NCBI GenBank assembly: GCA_958365315.1
Contig: CATWXC010000005.1
Location: 77,892 to 141,891, forward strand
Source of the DNA: an uncultured Collinsella sp.
GTDB lineage: Bacteria; Actinomycetota; Coriobacteriia; Coriobacteriales; Coriobacteriaceae
Direction of reading: 5' to 3'
DNA: 64,000 bases
The translations under genes and the position numbers were made by a program. Positions 49,498 through 57,879 of this stretch are shown in pieces. Each line of letters starts with the position of its first letter. Position 1 is the first letter of the stretch. The notes below the pieces were generated by a model, which saw only the letters and a program-made list of their open reading frames with translations, made no database searches and was not told the DNA's origin.

Positions 49498-50625
49498 ATG
49501 ACGACTTCTTATAAAACGATGGTGGTAAAGATCGGCTCGTCCACGGTGGTGGGTGCCGACGGTAAGGTCAACCGCGCGTTTATCGGTGGCCTGGCCGATC
49601 AGGCCGCGGCCCTGCGCAAGCTCGGCTGGCGCTTGGTCGTGGTGAGCTCCGGAGCCATTGCCTGTGGCTATCCCGTGCTGGGCTTCGACCGCAAGCCGGT
49701 CGGTGACCTGCCGAGTCTGCAGGCCTGCGCCTCGGCCGGTCAGTGCATCATCTCGTCGGCCTACGACGAGGAGTTCCATGCGCGTGACCTACTCACCTCG
49801 CTCGTGCTGCTCACACGCCACGACACGGCGCGCCGTACGTCCTACCTGCACGCGCGCGACGCCCTGCTGCGCCTGGTGGAGCTGGGCGTGGTGCCGGTCG
49901 TCAACGAAAACGACACCGTTACCGTCGACGAGATCAAGTTCGGCGACAACGATACGCTCGCGGCCCTCGTGAGCTGCTTGGTTTCGGCGGACCTGTGCGT
50001 GACGCTGTCCGACATCGACGGCCTCTACACCGCCAATCCGCACGAGGACCCGACGGCCGAGTTTGTCCCGGTCGTGCATAAGATCGATGCCAAGATTATC
50101 GCCTCGGCGGGCGATTCTTCGACCTCGGTGGGTACGGGCGGCATGATCACCAAGATTCGCGCGAGCCGCATTTTGATGACGGCCGGCATTCAGAGTGTGA
50201 TTTGCTCGGGCGAGGAGCCCGATGCGCTCGTGCGCCTGGCCCGCGGCGAGAGCGTGGGCACGCTGTTCGACCCGCCGGCGGAGCGCCTGGACATTGCGCC
50301 GCGCAAGCTGTGGATCGCGCTGGGTGACAAGGCGCATGGCTCGGTGACGGTCGATGATGGCGCCGCGAAGGCGCTGGTCAGCCGCGGTTCTTCCCTGCTT
50401 GCGGTGGGTATTCGCGAGGTCGATGGCGAGTTTGCCGAGGGTGATGTGCTCGATGTGTGCGATCCGAGCGGTATGGTCGTCGCCCGCGGTATCGCCGAGG
50501 CCGATTCGGACGTGCTGGAGCTTGCAGCCGGCCGCCGCCAAGACCAGATCGCCGGCAACCGCCTGCTCGCAAACCTAGCCGAGAAGCCCGCGATCCACCG
50601 AGATAACTTAATCGTCTTCGCCTAA
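49498..50625 (+). CDS. proB: Glutamate 5-kinase with PUA domain
   Basis: VVKIGSS, SSGAI, NENDTV, FGDNDTL and GTGGMITK motifs. Confidence 0.95.
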   Translation: MTTSYKTMVVKIGSSTVVGADGKVNRAFIGGLADQAAALRKLGWRLVVVSSGAIACGYPVLGFDRKPVGDLPSLQACASAGQCIISSAYDEEFHARDLLTSLVLLTRHDTARRTSYLHARDALLRLVELGVVPVVNENDTVTVDEIKFGDNDTLAALVSCLVSADLCVTLSDIDGLYTANPHEDPTAEFVPVVHKIDAKIIASAGDSSTSVGTGGMITKIRASRILMTAGIQSVICSGEEPDALVRLARGESVGTLFDPPAERLDIAPRKLWIALGDKAHGSVTVDDGAAKALVSRGSSLLAVGIREVDGEFAEGDVLDVCDPSGMVVARGIAEADSDVLELAAGRRQDQIAGNRLLANLAEKPAIHRDNLIVFA

Positions 50626-50639
50626 CCAATTGACGCTGC

Positions 50640-50737
50640 AAACGCCCCTAAGCGGCAATCTGACGTTCAATCGTCGGGCATGACCAGAAGGTCAATGCCC
50701 TCCTCTTTCACGTCACCTTGCTCGCTTAGGGGCGTTT
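50640..50737. repeat. Long branched hairpin between convergent genes
   Basis: AACGCCCCTAAGCG..TGACGT / ACGTCA..CGCTTAGGGGCGTT, with inner GGGCATGACC/GGTCAATGCCC. Confidence 0.7.
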
Positions 50738-50776
50738 TCGCTTTCCGTCCTCTACCTGCGATGACGTCATAATCCT

Positions 50777-50824
50777 GGCACTTGGGGACGTTCCTTTTGT
50801 GCCGGCAGTTGGAGACACTCCTTT
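50777..50824. repeat. REP family B
   Basis: GGCACTTGGGGACGTTCCTTTTGTGCCGGCAGTTGGAGACACTCCTTT, near-identical to 11414-11460. Confidence 0.85.
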
Positions 50825-50825
50825 G

Positions 50826-52244
50826 CTAGAAGATCTGGCGCAGGTCTCCGCGGTTGAGGGCTTCGTCGAAGAGGTGCTTGAATACCGCGCTGCCGTGCAG
50901 GCCGTCGTGTTCGAACTCGTTGGTCACCCAGGCGTGCGAGTTGCCCACGCGGCTGAGCGTGTCGAGTTGCATGCCCGAGTCCACGTACATGTCGTCGAAA
51001 TACACGGCGGCCTGGAGTGGTGCCTCGTTGCAGGCAAGTCGCTGCGGGTCGTAGATCTTGTCCCAGCTCGTGTCTTCCATCAGCAGTTCCATCGCGGGCT
51101 TGAAGGGCTTGAGCTCGGGCATCTGCTCGAACATCCACGGGAACATGGCCTCGCCGGTAAACATGAGCGGGCGCGCGAGCGTGTCGAACTCGGCACGATG
51201 AGCTTTCTCTTCTGCCGCGGCCCAGCGAATGGGCATGGTGTCGCCGTCGGCGTAGATGAACTCCTGAAGCGTCCAGTACAGCGGATTCGTGCGCGTGTTG
51301 GTGCGCTCGAAGGCACGCATCAAAAAGCTATCGGATACTGAGGCACCGCAGCTCAGCGTGCCGTCGCCGTCAGCAAAAGCATGGTCGATAATCCAGTGCA
51401 TGCGCTCAAAGCTCGGCTTCATGCCAAAGTCGCTGCCCATGAGCTGAAGGCGCTCGATCGTCATCGGCGAGCCGTCGGGTAGCACGGGCTTTTGCTCTTC
51501 GATCGCATCGGCCAGGGCTGCCACCCGCTCAACGTCGGCGGGGTAGCGGTCATAATACTGCTGAGTCTTGGCTGCCATGCGCGGGAAGGTGTGCGCGTAG
51601 ACCTCGCTGGCGCTCGCCGGCACGTGCGGAATGCCGCCGCAGGTAAAGCTCGCCGCCACGCCCTCGGGGAAGAGCGACAGGTAGCTCAGCGTCAAAAAGC
51701 CGCCGTAGCTTTGGCCGAGCGTGACCCACGGCTTGCCGCCAAAGCCCACGAGGCGCAGGTACTCAAAATCGCGCACGATGGAGCTGGCGAGGTGACGCTT
51801 GAGAAAGTCCGCCTGCGAGCGTGCGGCATCGGAGCCGACCGCCGTCGCGCGCTCGCCTAGAGCCGCGATCGTACGCCCGTCTACACAGCTGCTGCGCCCG
51901 GTGCCGCGCTGGTCGGGCAGGACGACGCGGAAGTGCTTGACGGCCTCCTCGATCCAGCCATCGCTTGTGGGCGACAGCGGACGCGGACTCTCGCCACCGG
52001 GGCCGCCCTGCAAAAACAGGAGCAGCGGCAGATCGTCGTTGATGCGGTCGGGCGCGCAAACCACGCGGTAGAAGAGCTTGATACTCTCGGGCGCGCCGGC
52101 GATGGGTGCCGGCATAGCGCCACGGCGCATGGTGCTGCCAACGGCCAACAGCATCGGCTCCAGGCCGCGCCAATCCAAGGGGACGTCGATGCTGTGGTCC
52201 TAGACATACAGGCCGGGGACGTGGTACGAAGTGATGAGGGCCAT
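50826..52244 (-). pseudogene. Proline iminopeptidase (alpha/beta hydrolase) with an in-frame TAG at codon 15
   Basis: MALITSYHVPGLYV*DHSIDVPLDW...; LQGGPG, DQRGTGRS, GQSYGG, DDMYV and EHDG motifs downstream in the same frame. Confidence 0.8.
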
Positions 52245-52357
52245 GCGGTACTTCCGTTCGTTGCGGTGTTTCGGGTTGAACAATTCTACCGCCGCGGGCG
52301 AGGACATGCACAAATCGGCTACCATGGTGGGCAAACTACTAAGAGAAAGGGCCGCCT

Positions 52358-53644
52358 ATGTCGGTCGATATAGCCACGTATGTCCATGATCTTGCCGTTG
52401 CCGCCAAGGCAGCGTCGGCCTCGCTTGCCACGGCGAGCGACGAGCAGCGCCAGGAGGCCGTGTGCGCCATGGCCGCGGCGCTGCGCGATGGTGTCGACTC
52501 CATCGTCGCCGCCAACGAGCTCGATATGTCTGCCGCGCGCGATGCGGGCACCTCAGCGGGGCTCCTCGACCGTCTGCTGTTGACGCCCGAGCGCGTCGAG
52601 GGCATGGCCGCCGGCCTGGAGAAGCTCGCTGAGCTGCCCGATCCTGTCGGCCGCGTGCTCGACCACCGCGTGCTTGCAAGCGGCGTGGACCTCACCCGCG
52701 TGAGCGTACCGCTGGGCCTGGTCGCCATGGTCTATGAGGCGCGCCCCAACGTGACGGCCGATGCCGCGGGCATCTGCATCCGCACCGGCAACGCCTGCAT
52801 TCTGCGCGGCGGTTCGCTGGCTTATCACTCGTGCGCCATGATTTCCGAGTTGCTGGCCGATGCGCTTGAGGCCCAAGGTTTCCCGCGCGAGGCTATCTCG
52901 ATGATCGAGTCCACCGACCGCGAGGCCACCGGCGAGCTCATGAAGCTCCGCGGTATCGTCGACGTGCTCATTCCGCGTGGCGGTGCGGGCCTGATTCAGC
53001 GCTGCGTGCGCGAGTCGCTTGTGCCGGTGATCGAGACGGGCACGGGCAACTGCCATATCTACGTGCATGAATCCGCCGACTTTGACAAGGCGCTCAATAT
53101 TATCGTCAATGCCAAGACCCAGCGCGTGGGCGTGTGCAATGCCGCCGAGTCGCTGCTGGTCGACCGTGCCGTTGCTGATCGCTTCTTGCCCGCGGTCGTT
53201 GCCGTGCTGCACGATCACGGCGTGCTGATTCACGGCGACGAGGCCACGTGCGCCGCATGCGCCGACGCTGGGCTTGCCGAGGGCGACGACTACGTGGCCG
53301 CGACCGAGGAGGATTGGGGCCGCGAGTACCTGGCGCTCGAGATGAGCGTGAAGGTCGTGGCGAACGAGGACGAGGCCATCGCGCATATCAACCGCTACGG
53401 CACCATGCACTCCGAGGCCATTGTTGCCGAGGACGAGGATGCCTGTGAGCGCTTCCTGGATGCGGTCGATGCCTCGGCCGTGTACGCCAACGCCAGCACG
53501 CGCTTCACTGACGGCGGCGAGTTTGGACTGGGTGCCGAGATCGGCATCTCGACCCAAAAGCTCCACGCCCGCGGTCCCTTTGCCGCCGAGGCCCTTACCA
53601 CCTACAAATACAAGCTCCGCGGCACCGGCCAGGTCCGTCCCTAA
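52358..53644 (+). CDS. proA: Gamma-glutamyl phosphate reductase
   Basis: YEARPNVT, IPRGG, GNCHIY, VCNAAE, NASTRFTDG and ISTQKLHARGP motifs. Confidence 0.95.
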   Translation: MSVDIATYVHDLAVAAKAASASLATASDEQRQEAVCAMAAALRDGVDSIVAANELDMSAARDAGTSAGLLDRLLLTPERVEGMAAGLEKLAELPDPVGRVLDHRVLASGVDLTRVSVPLGLVAMVYEARPNVTADAAGICIRTGNACILRGGSLAYHSCAMISELLADALEAQGFPREAISMIESTDREATGELMKLRGIVDVLIPRGGAGLIQRCVRESLVPVIETGTGNCHIYVHESADFDKALNIIVNAKTQRVGVCNAAESLLVDRAVADRFLPAVVAVLHDHGVLIHGDEATCAACADAGLAEGDDYVAATEEDWGREYLALEMSVKVVANEDEAIAHINRYGTMHSEAIVAEDEDACERFLDAVDASAVYANASTRFTDGGEFGLGAEIGISTQKLHARGPFAAEALTTYKYKLRGTGQVRP

Positions 53645-53655
53645 CGCCCGTGCAA

Positions 53656-53696
53656 AAAACCACCGCAAAGGGGACAAGCGCCTTTGCGGTGGTTTT
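53656..53696 (+). repeat. REP family A with compensatory stem change
   Basis: AAAACCACCGCAAAGGGGACAAGCGCCTTTGCGGTGGTTTT. Confidence 0.9.
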
Positions 53697-53700
53697 GGTG

Positions 53701-54300
53701 TTAAGCCTGGAAGGTGTCGCGGTCGGGGGCGAAGGACTGCATTGCTGCGATGGTGCGGTCGAAGAGCTCGGGAAGCTCCCAGCCCAGCATCTCGGCGCCC
53801 TGCGAAATTACATCGCGCGAGCAGCCGGCGGCAAAGCGCTTGTCCTTGAACTTCTTCTTGAGTGACTTGGTCGTAAAGTCCATGACGCTCTTGCTCGGGC
53901 GCATGATGACGGCGGCGCCGATCAGGCCGGTGAGCTCATCGCAGGCAAACAGGATCTTTTCCATCTGCAGCTCGGGCTTGGGCAGCGAAGAGTTGAAATC
54001 GGACGTGTGTGTCTGGATGGCACGGATAAGCTCGGGAGTCGCACCCTCACCCTCGAGAATCTCGGCGGCATAGACGGTGTGGTTCATGGGGTCATCCTCA
54101 TGCTCCTCCCAATCCAAGTCGTGCAGCAGGCCGACAACGCCCCAAAACTCCTCGTTCTCGGGGTCGAACTCGCGCGCAAAGTAGCGCATGGTGCCCTCGA
54201 CGGTCTCGCCGTGGGTGATGTGGAACGGATCTTTGTTGTGCTCGTTGAGCAGTTCGAATGCACGGTCGCGGGTGATTCCGGCGGTAAGCAGCTCTGCCAT
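53701..54300 (-). CDS. HD-superfamily hydrolase
   Basis: H..GLLHDLDWE..H..ACDELTG and KKKFKDKRFAAG motifs. Confidence 0.85.
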   Translation of the reverse strand: MAELLTAGITRDRAFELLNEHNKDPFHITHGETVEGTMRYFAREFDPENEEFWGVVGLLHDLDWEEHEDDPMNHTVYAAEILEGEGATPELIRAIQTHTSDFNSSLPKPELQMEKILFACDELTGLIGAAVIMRPSKSVMDFTTKSLKKKFKDKRFAAGCSRDVISQGAEMLGWELPELFDRTIAAMQSFAPDRDTFQA

Positions 54301-54354
54301 AAGAGACTCCTTGTGCTCGTGGGTATTGCTAAGATTGAATACTACTAGAACAAG

Positions 54355-54395
54355 AAAACCGCCACAAAGGTGCCTGTCCCCTTTGTGGCGGTTTT
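54355..54395 (-). repeat. REP family A (reverse orientation, compensatory change)
   Basis: AAAACCGCCACAAAGGTGCCTGTCCCCTTTGTGGCGGTTTT. Confidence 0.9.
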
Positions 54396-54408
54396 TGGTG
54401 CGGATGGG

Positions 54409-54894
54409 TTAGTTGAGGGCGGCTTGGGCTAGGCGGGCTTCGGCGTCCTCCTCGGTGACGCCCAGGGCCACAGCGAACTCCTCGATGGAGCGGCGCTTGG
54501 CTTCCTTGAGTACGCGCATGTAGTAGGAGCTGGGCTTTTTATCTGCTTCCTCGGCCTGGCGAATACGGTGCATCATGGTTTTTGCCACGCGGACCGTCTC
54601 GGGCGCACCCAGCTTGAGCTGCTGCTTAAAGTGCGTCTCCTCGAGCGAGCTGTTGCGCTCGGTAAAGGTGTCACACTCCAGCTCGTCGTAGTGGCTCAGC
54701 AGGTGCTCGGCATCTTGCTGGGAGATGGCTGCGTGCAAACGATCGGCCTGCGCCACGGGGTACATAAGGATCGTCTGCGCATGTCCCTGCTTGGTCTCGA
54801 GCAACAACATGGGCTGCGGCGTGTCGTCCCTAAAACCGACGACGGTGCAGACTCCCTGACCCGGATGAATGACGTGTTGACCGATTGAGAACAT
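54409..54894 (-). CDS. CarD-family RNA-polymerase-interacting protein (divergent)
   Basis: MFSIGQHVIHPGQGVCTV N-terminus; helical C-domain ending EEFAVALG. Confidence 0.75.
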   Translation of the reverse strand: MFSIGQHVIHPGQGVCTVVGFRDDTPQPMLLLETKQGHAQTILMYPVAQADRLHAAISQQDAEHLLSHYDELECDTFTERNSSLEETHFKQQLKLGAPETVRVAKTMMHRIRQAEEADKKPSSYYMRVLKEAKRRSIEEFAVALGVTEEDAEARLAQAALN

Positions 54895-55236
54895 GCTACC
54901 TCCAACTTATACGAATTCACGTATGTTAAGAATACCACGCTGACGTGCGTAAACCCTTACTTTATGCAGGAAAAGCACACAACTCCGATAGGTAAGAGTA
55001 TTCGATAAAATGCACTGCCCATTCATATGTTTATGCAGTTCCAACGCGTGCATAATCTGCAGGCAAACCGTCAACTTTGTACTGCCGCGCAGGAGCGGTA
55101 GTCATTTTTGTGCATATGCAATATCTATTAGCTTTACCCTGCGACAGTGTACGTCGCTTGTGATAGAGTGCTACAAACTCTGGCTTTTGCCCTACGAGTG
55201 ACCAAGAGCTCGGGGGCTTTAACACAAGGAGGATCT

Positions 55237-57090
55237 ATGCCCGAGAAGATTGAAGAGCTGGTACGCGCTGCGCTTGCTGCGGCCCAGGAGGCCGGCGACC
55301 TTTCCGCATTTGAACTTGACGATTGCGCCATCGAGCGACCGGCTGACACTTCTCATGGCGAGTGGACCTCCACCATGGCCCTGAAGTCCGCCAAGCTGGC
55401 TCACTGCGCCCCGCGCAAGATTGCTGAGGCCGTCGTTGCCCATATGCCCGAGGACCCCGCGATCGAGAAGGTCGAGATCGCCGGCCCTGGCTTCATCAAC
55501 TTCTACCTCTCCGTTGCCGTCAAGAATGCCATCTTTGGCGAGGCCCGCGAGAAGGGTATGGACTTCGCTAAGTCCAACGTCGGTGGTGGCCTGAAGACTC
55601 AGGTCGAGTTCGTCTCCGCCAACCCCGTCGGCCCCATGCACATCGGCCATGGCCGCTGGGCCGCGCTGGGCGACTCCCTCTGCCGCGTTATGGACCACGC
55701 CGGTTACGACATCCAGCGTGAGTTCTACATCAACGACCACGGCTCTCAGATGAACACCTTCGGCAACTCCATCAGCACGCGCTATATGCAGCTTGCCGAT
55801 ATCATCGCCAAGCAGGGCGTGGACATCGATGAGGCTCACAAGCTGCTGATCGCCGATCGCGACGCCTTCGTTGCCGATGAGAACGACGAGCATCCCGAGA
55901 CCCATCCGTACCAGGACAACTTTGCCGAGACCCTGGGCAAGGACTCCTACGGCGGCGACTACATCATCGATGAGGCTGCCGAGTTCTGGCGCACCGACGG
56001 CGACAAGTGGGTCGACGCCGATCCGCAGGAGCGCATGGAGAGCTTCCGCGAGCGCGGCTACGTGAAGATGGTCGACAACATGCGCGACCTCTGCCACGCC
56101 GTCAACTGCGACTTCGACCGCTGGTACTCCGAGCGCTCGCTGTACGTGAAGGACACCGAGGGCGAGACTGCCGGCACTTCCGCCGTCGACCGCGCTTTTG
56201 AGAAGCTCGACAAGATGGGCTACCTCTACACCAAGGACGGCGCCCTGTGGTTCCGCTCCACCGATCTGGGCGACGACAAGGACCGCGTCCTGATCAAGTC
56301 CGACGGCGAGTATACCTACTTCGCCTCCGACGTTGCCTATCACTGGGATAAGTTCCAGCGCGTCGACCACGTCATCGACATCTGGGGCGCCGACCACCAC
56401 GGCTACATCGAGCGCGTCCGCTGCGTCTGCGACGCTCTCGGTTACCCCGGCAAGTTCGAGGTTCTGTTGGGCCAGCTCGTCAACCTGCTGCGCAACGGCA
56501 AGCCCGTCCGTATGTCCAAGCGCAAGGGCACCATGGTGACCCTGCAGGAGCTCGTCGACGAGGTCGGCTCCGATGCCGCTCGTTACACGCTCATCTCCAA
56601 GAGCTCCAACCAGATGGTCGACTTCGACATCGAAGCCGTTAAGAAGCGCGACAACTCCAACCCGGTGTACTACGTGCAGTACGCTCATGCCCGCGTGTGC
56701 TCCATCCTGCGTCGTGCCGCCGACGTTACGCCCGCGCAGGCTGACGATATGGGCATGAAGGCCGTCGCCGCCAAGGCCATCGGTGAGAACGTCGATTACT
56801 CGCTGCTGACCGACCCGACCGAGCTCGCCCTTTCGCGTAAGCTCAACGAGCTCACCGATCTCATCGCCAGCTGCGCTCGCGACCGCGCCCCGTTCCGTCT
56901 GACTCACTTTGCCGAGGAGCTCGCCGGCGACTTCCACAGCTTCTACGCTGCCTGCCAGGTTCTGCCGAGCGAGGGCCGTCCCGTCGACCCCGAGCTTTCG
57001 CGCGCCCGTCTGGCCGCTTGCGACGCTGTCCGCGTGACGCTCGCCCTGGTGCTTACCCTCGTTGGCGTGACTGCCCCCGAGCAGATGTAA
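55237..57090 (+). CDS. argS: Arginyl-tRNA synthetase
   Basis: IAGPGFINF, SANPVGPMHIGHGR, GADHHGY, MSKRKG and YVQYAHAR motifs. Confidence 0.95.
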   Translation: MPEKIEELVRAALAAAQEAGDLSAFELDDCAIERPADTSHGEWTSTMALKSAKLAHCAPRKIAEAVVAHMPEDPAIEKVEIAGPGFINFYLSVAVKNAIFGEAREKGMDFAKSNVGGGLKTQVEFVSANPVGPMHIGHGRWAALGDSLCRVMDHAGYDIQREFYINDHGSQMNTFGNSISTRYMQLADIIAKQGVDIDEAHKLLIADRDAFVADENDEHPETHPYQDNFAETLGKDSYGGDYIIDEAAEFWRTDGDKWVDADPQERMESFRERGYVKMVDNMRDLCHAVNCDFDRWYSERSLYVKDTEGETAGTSAVDRAFEKLDKMGYLYTKDGALWFRSTDLGDDKDRVLIKSDGEYTYFASDVAYHWDKFQRVDHVIDIWGADHHGYIERVRCVCDALGYPGKFEVLLGQLVNLLRNGKPVRMSKRKGTMVTLQELVDEVGSDAARYTLISKSSNQMVDFDIEAVKKRDNSNPVYYVQYAHARVCSILRRAADVTPAQADDMGMKAVAAKAIGENVDYSLLTDPTELALSRKLNELTDLIASCARDRAPFRLTHFAEELAGDFHSFYAACQVLPSEGRPVDPELSRARLAACDAVRVTLALVLTLVGVTAPEQM

Positions 57091-57217
57091 TCTACGGGTC
57101 GTTTGACCGTGTAGGTTCGGCTTTGCTGAGCCCTGTGAGCCCGATCTCCCATGCGGAGGTCGGGCTTTTTGCGTTTGACGGGGCTTTTTGGCGTGTTGGA
57201 AAATGCTACAAAAACGC

Positions 57218-57365
57218 AACTATACCGGTTTACGGGGCTGAATCGCTGCCTGGCGACCATAGCGACAGCAGTGAAAATAAAACCGCAGGTAGGCGGCTTG
57301 CCGAATATTAAAAATGTAAGGTATGGTTGGCTTGCGCCGTTCTTACACCGTAATCCGCCATAGTT
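57218..57365. repeat. Inverted-arm element with TAAAACCGCAGGTAG core
   Basis: AACTATACCGGTTTACGG / CCGTAATCCGCCATAGTT; core at 57278-57292. Confidence 0.75.
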
Positions 57366-57437
57366 TTGAAAATGACCCCTCGGGGACGGAGGAAAACGGA
57401 CCATTTTTGTCCCGGGGGAGAGCAGTGCGAAACCGTT

Positions 57438-57599
57438 CGCCACGAATCGGGCCTATCTACTACGTTTAGTCGCATACCCCGGACCATGTTTAAAGGTGCG
57501 ATATTAAAACCGCAGGTAGCGGGCTTGCGATTTTAGGAAGATCGAGGGGATGGTCAGGGGTCGCGGGTCAAACGTAGTAGATAGGCGCGTTTCGTGGCG
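57438..57599. repeat. Inverted-arm element with TAAAACCGCAGGTAG core
   Basis: CGCCACGAATCGGGCCTATCTACTACGTTT / AAACGTAGTAGATAGGCGCGTTTCGTGGCG (28/30); core at 57505-57519. Confidence 0.9.
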
Positions 57600-57879
57600 C
57601 GGCTATTCCGGATGCCACGACCTCACTCCTCTGGCGCGATATTTCAAGGCGCTTTTGAGGGAGAGTGTCCCTAATGACTGGGCGTTTAAGAACGTCCAAT
57701 GACTAAGTTGCAGGTGATTGCGGTTGTGTTACACTAACGCTGCGTATATGACGCAATCATCTCGATACAGATCAATGATGTCCGTCGGTATTTGACGGAG
57801 CTAGACTGTTTAGCCGCCCTGAAGGTATATGCAGGGAGCATGTGATCACAGGGCTTGAAAAGAAAGTTGAGCAAACACT

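Noticed and set aside
52200..52202. Pyrrolysine or readthrough explanation for the TAG
   Set aside because: No pyl genes in the window, non-catalytic position, and many genes here end in TAG.
8672..54395. Family A repeats as a CRISPR array
   Set aside because: Dispersed single copies with no regular spacers and no cas genes.
54960..55125. ARG-box-like TGCAT/ATGCA words upstream of argS
   Set aside because: Half-sites only, with spacing that does not fit a 14-bp ARG core; too weak to call.
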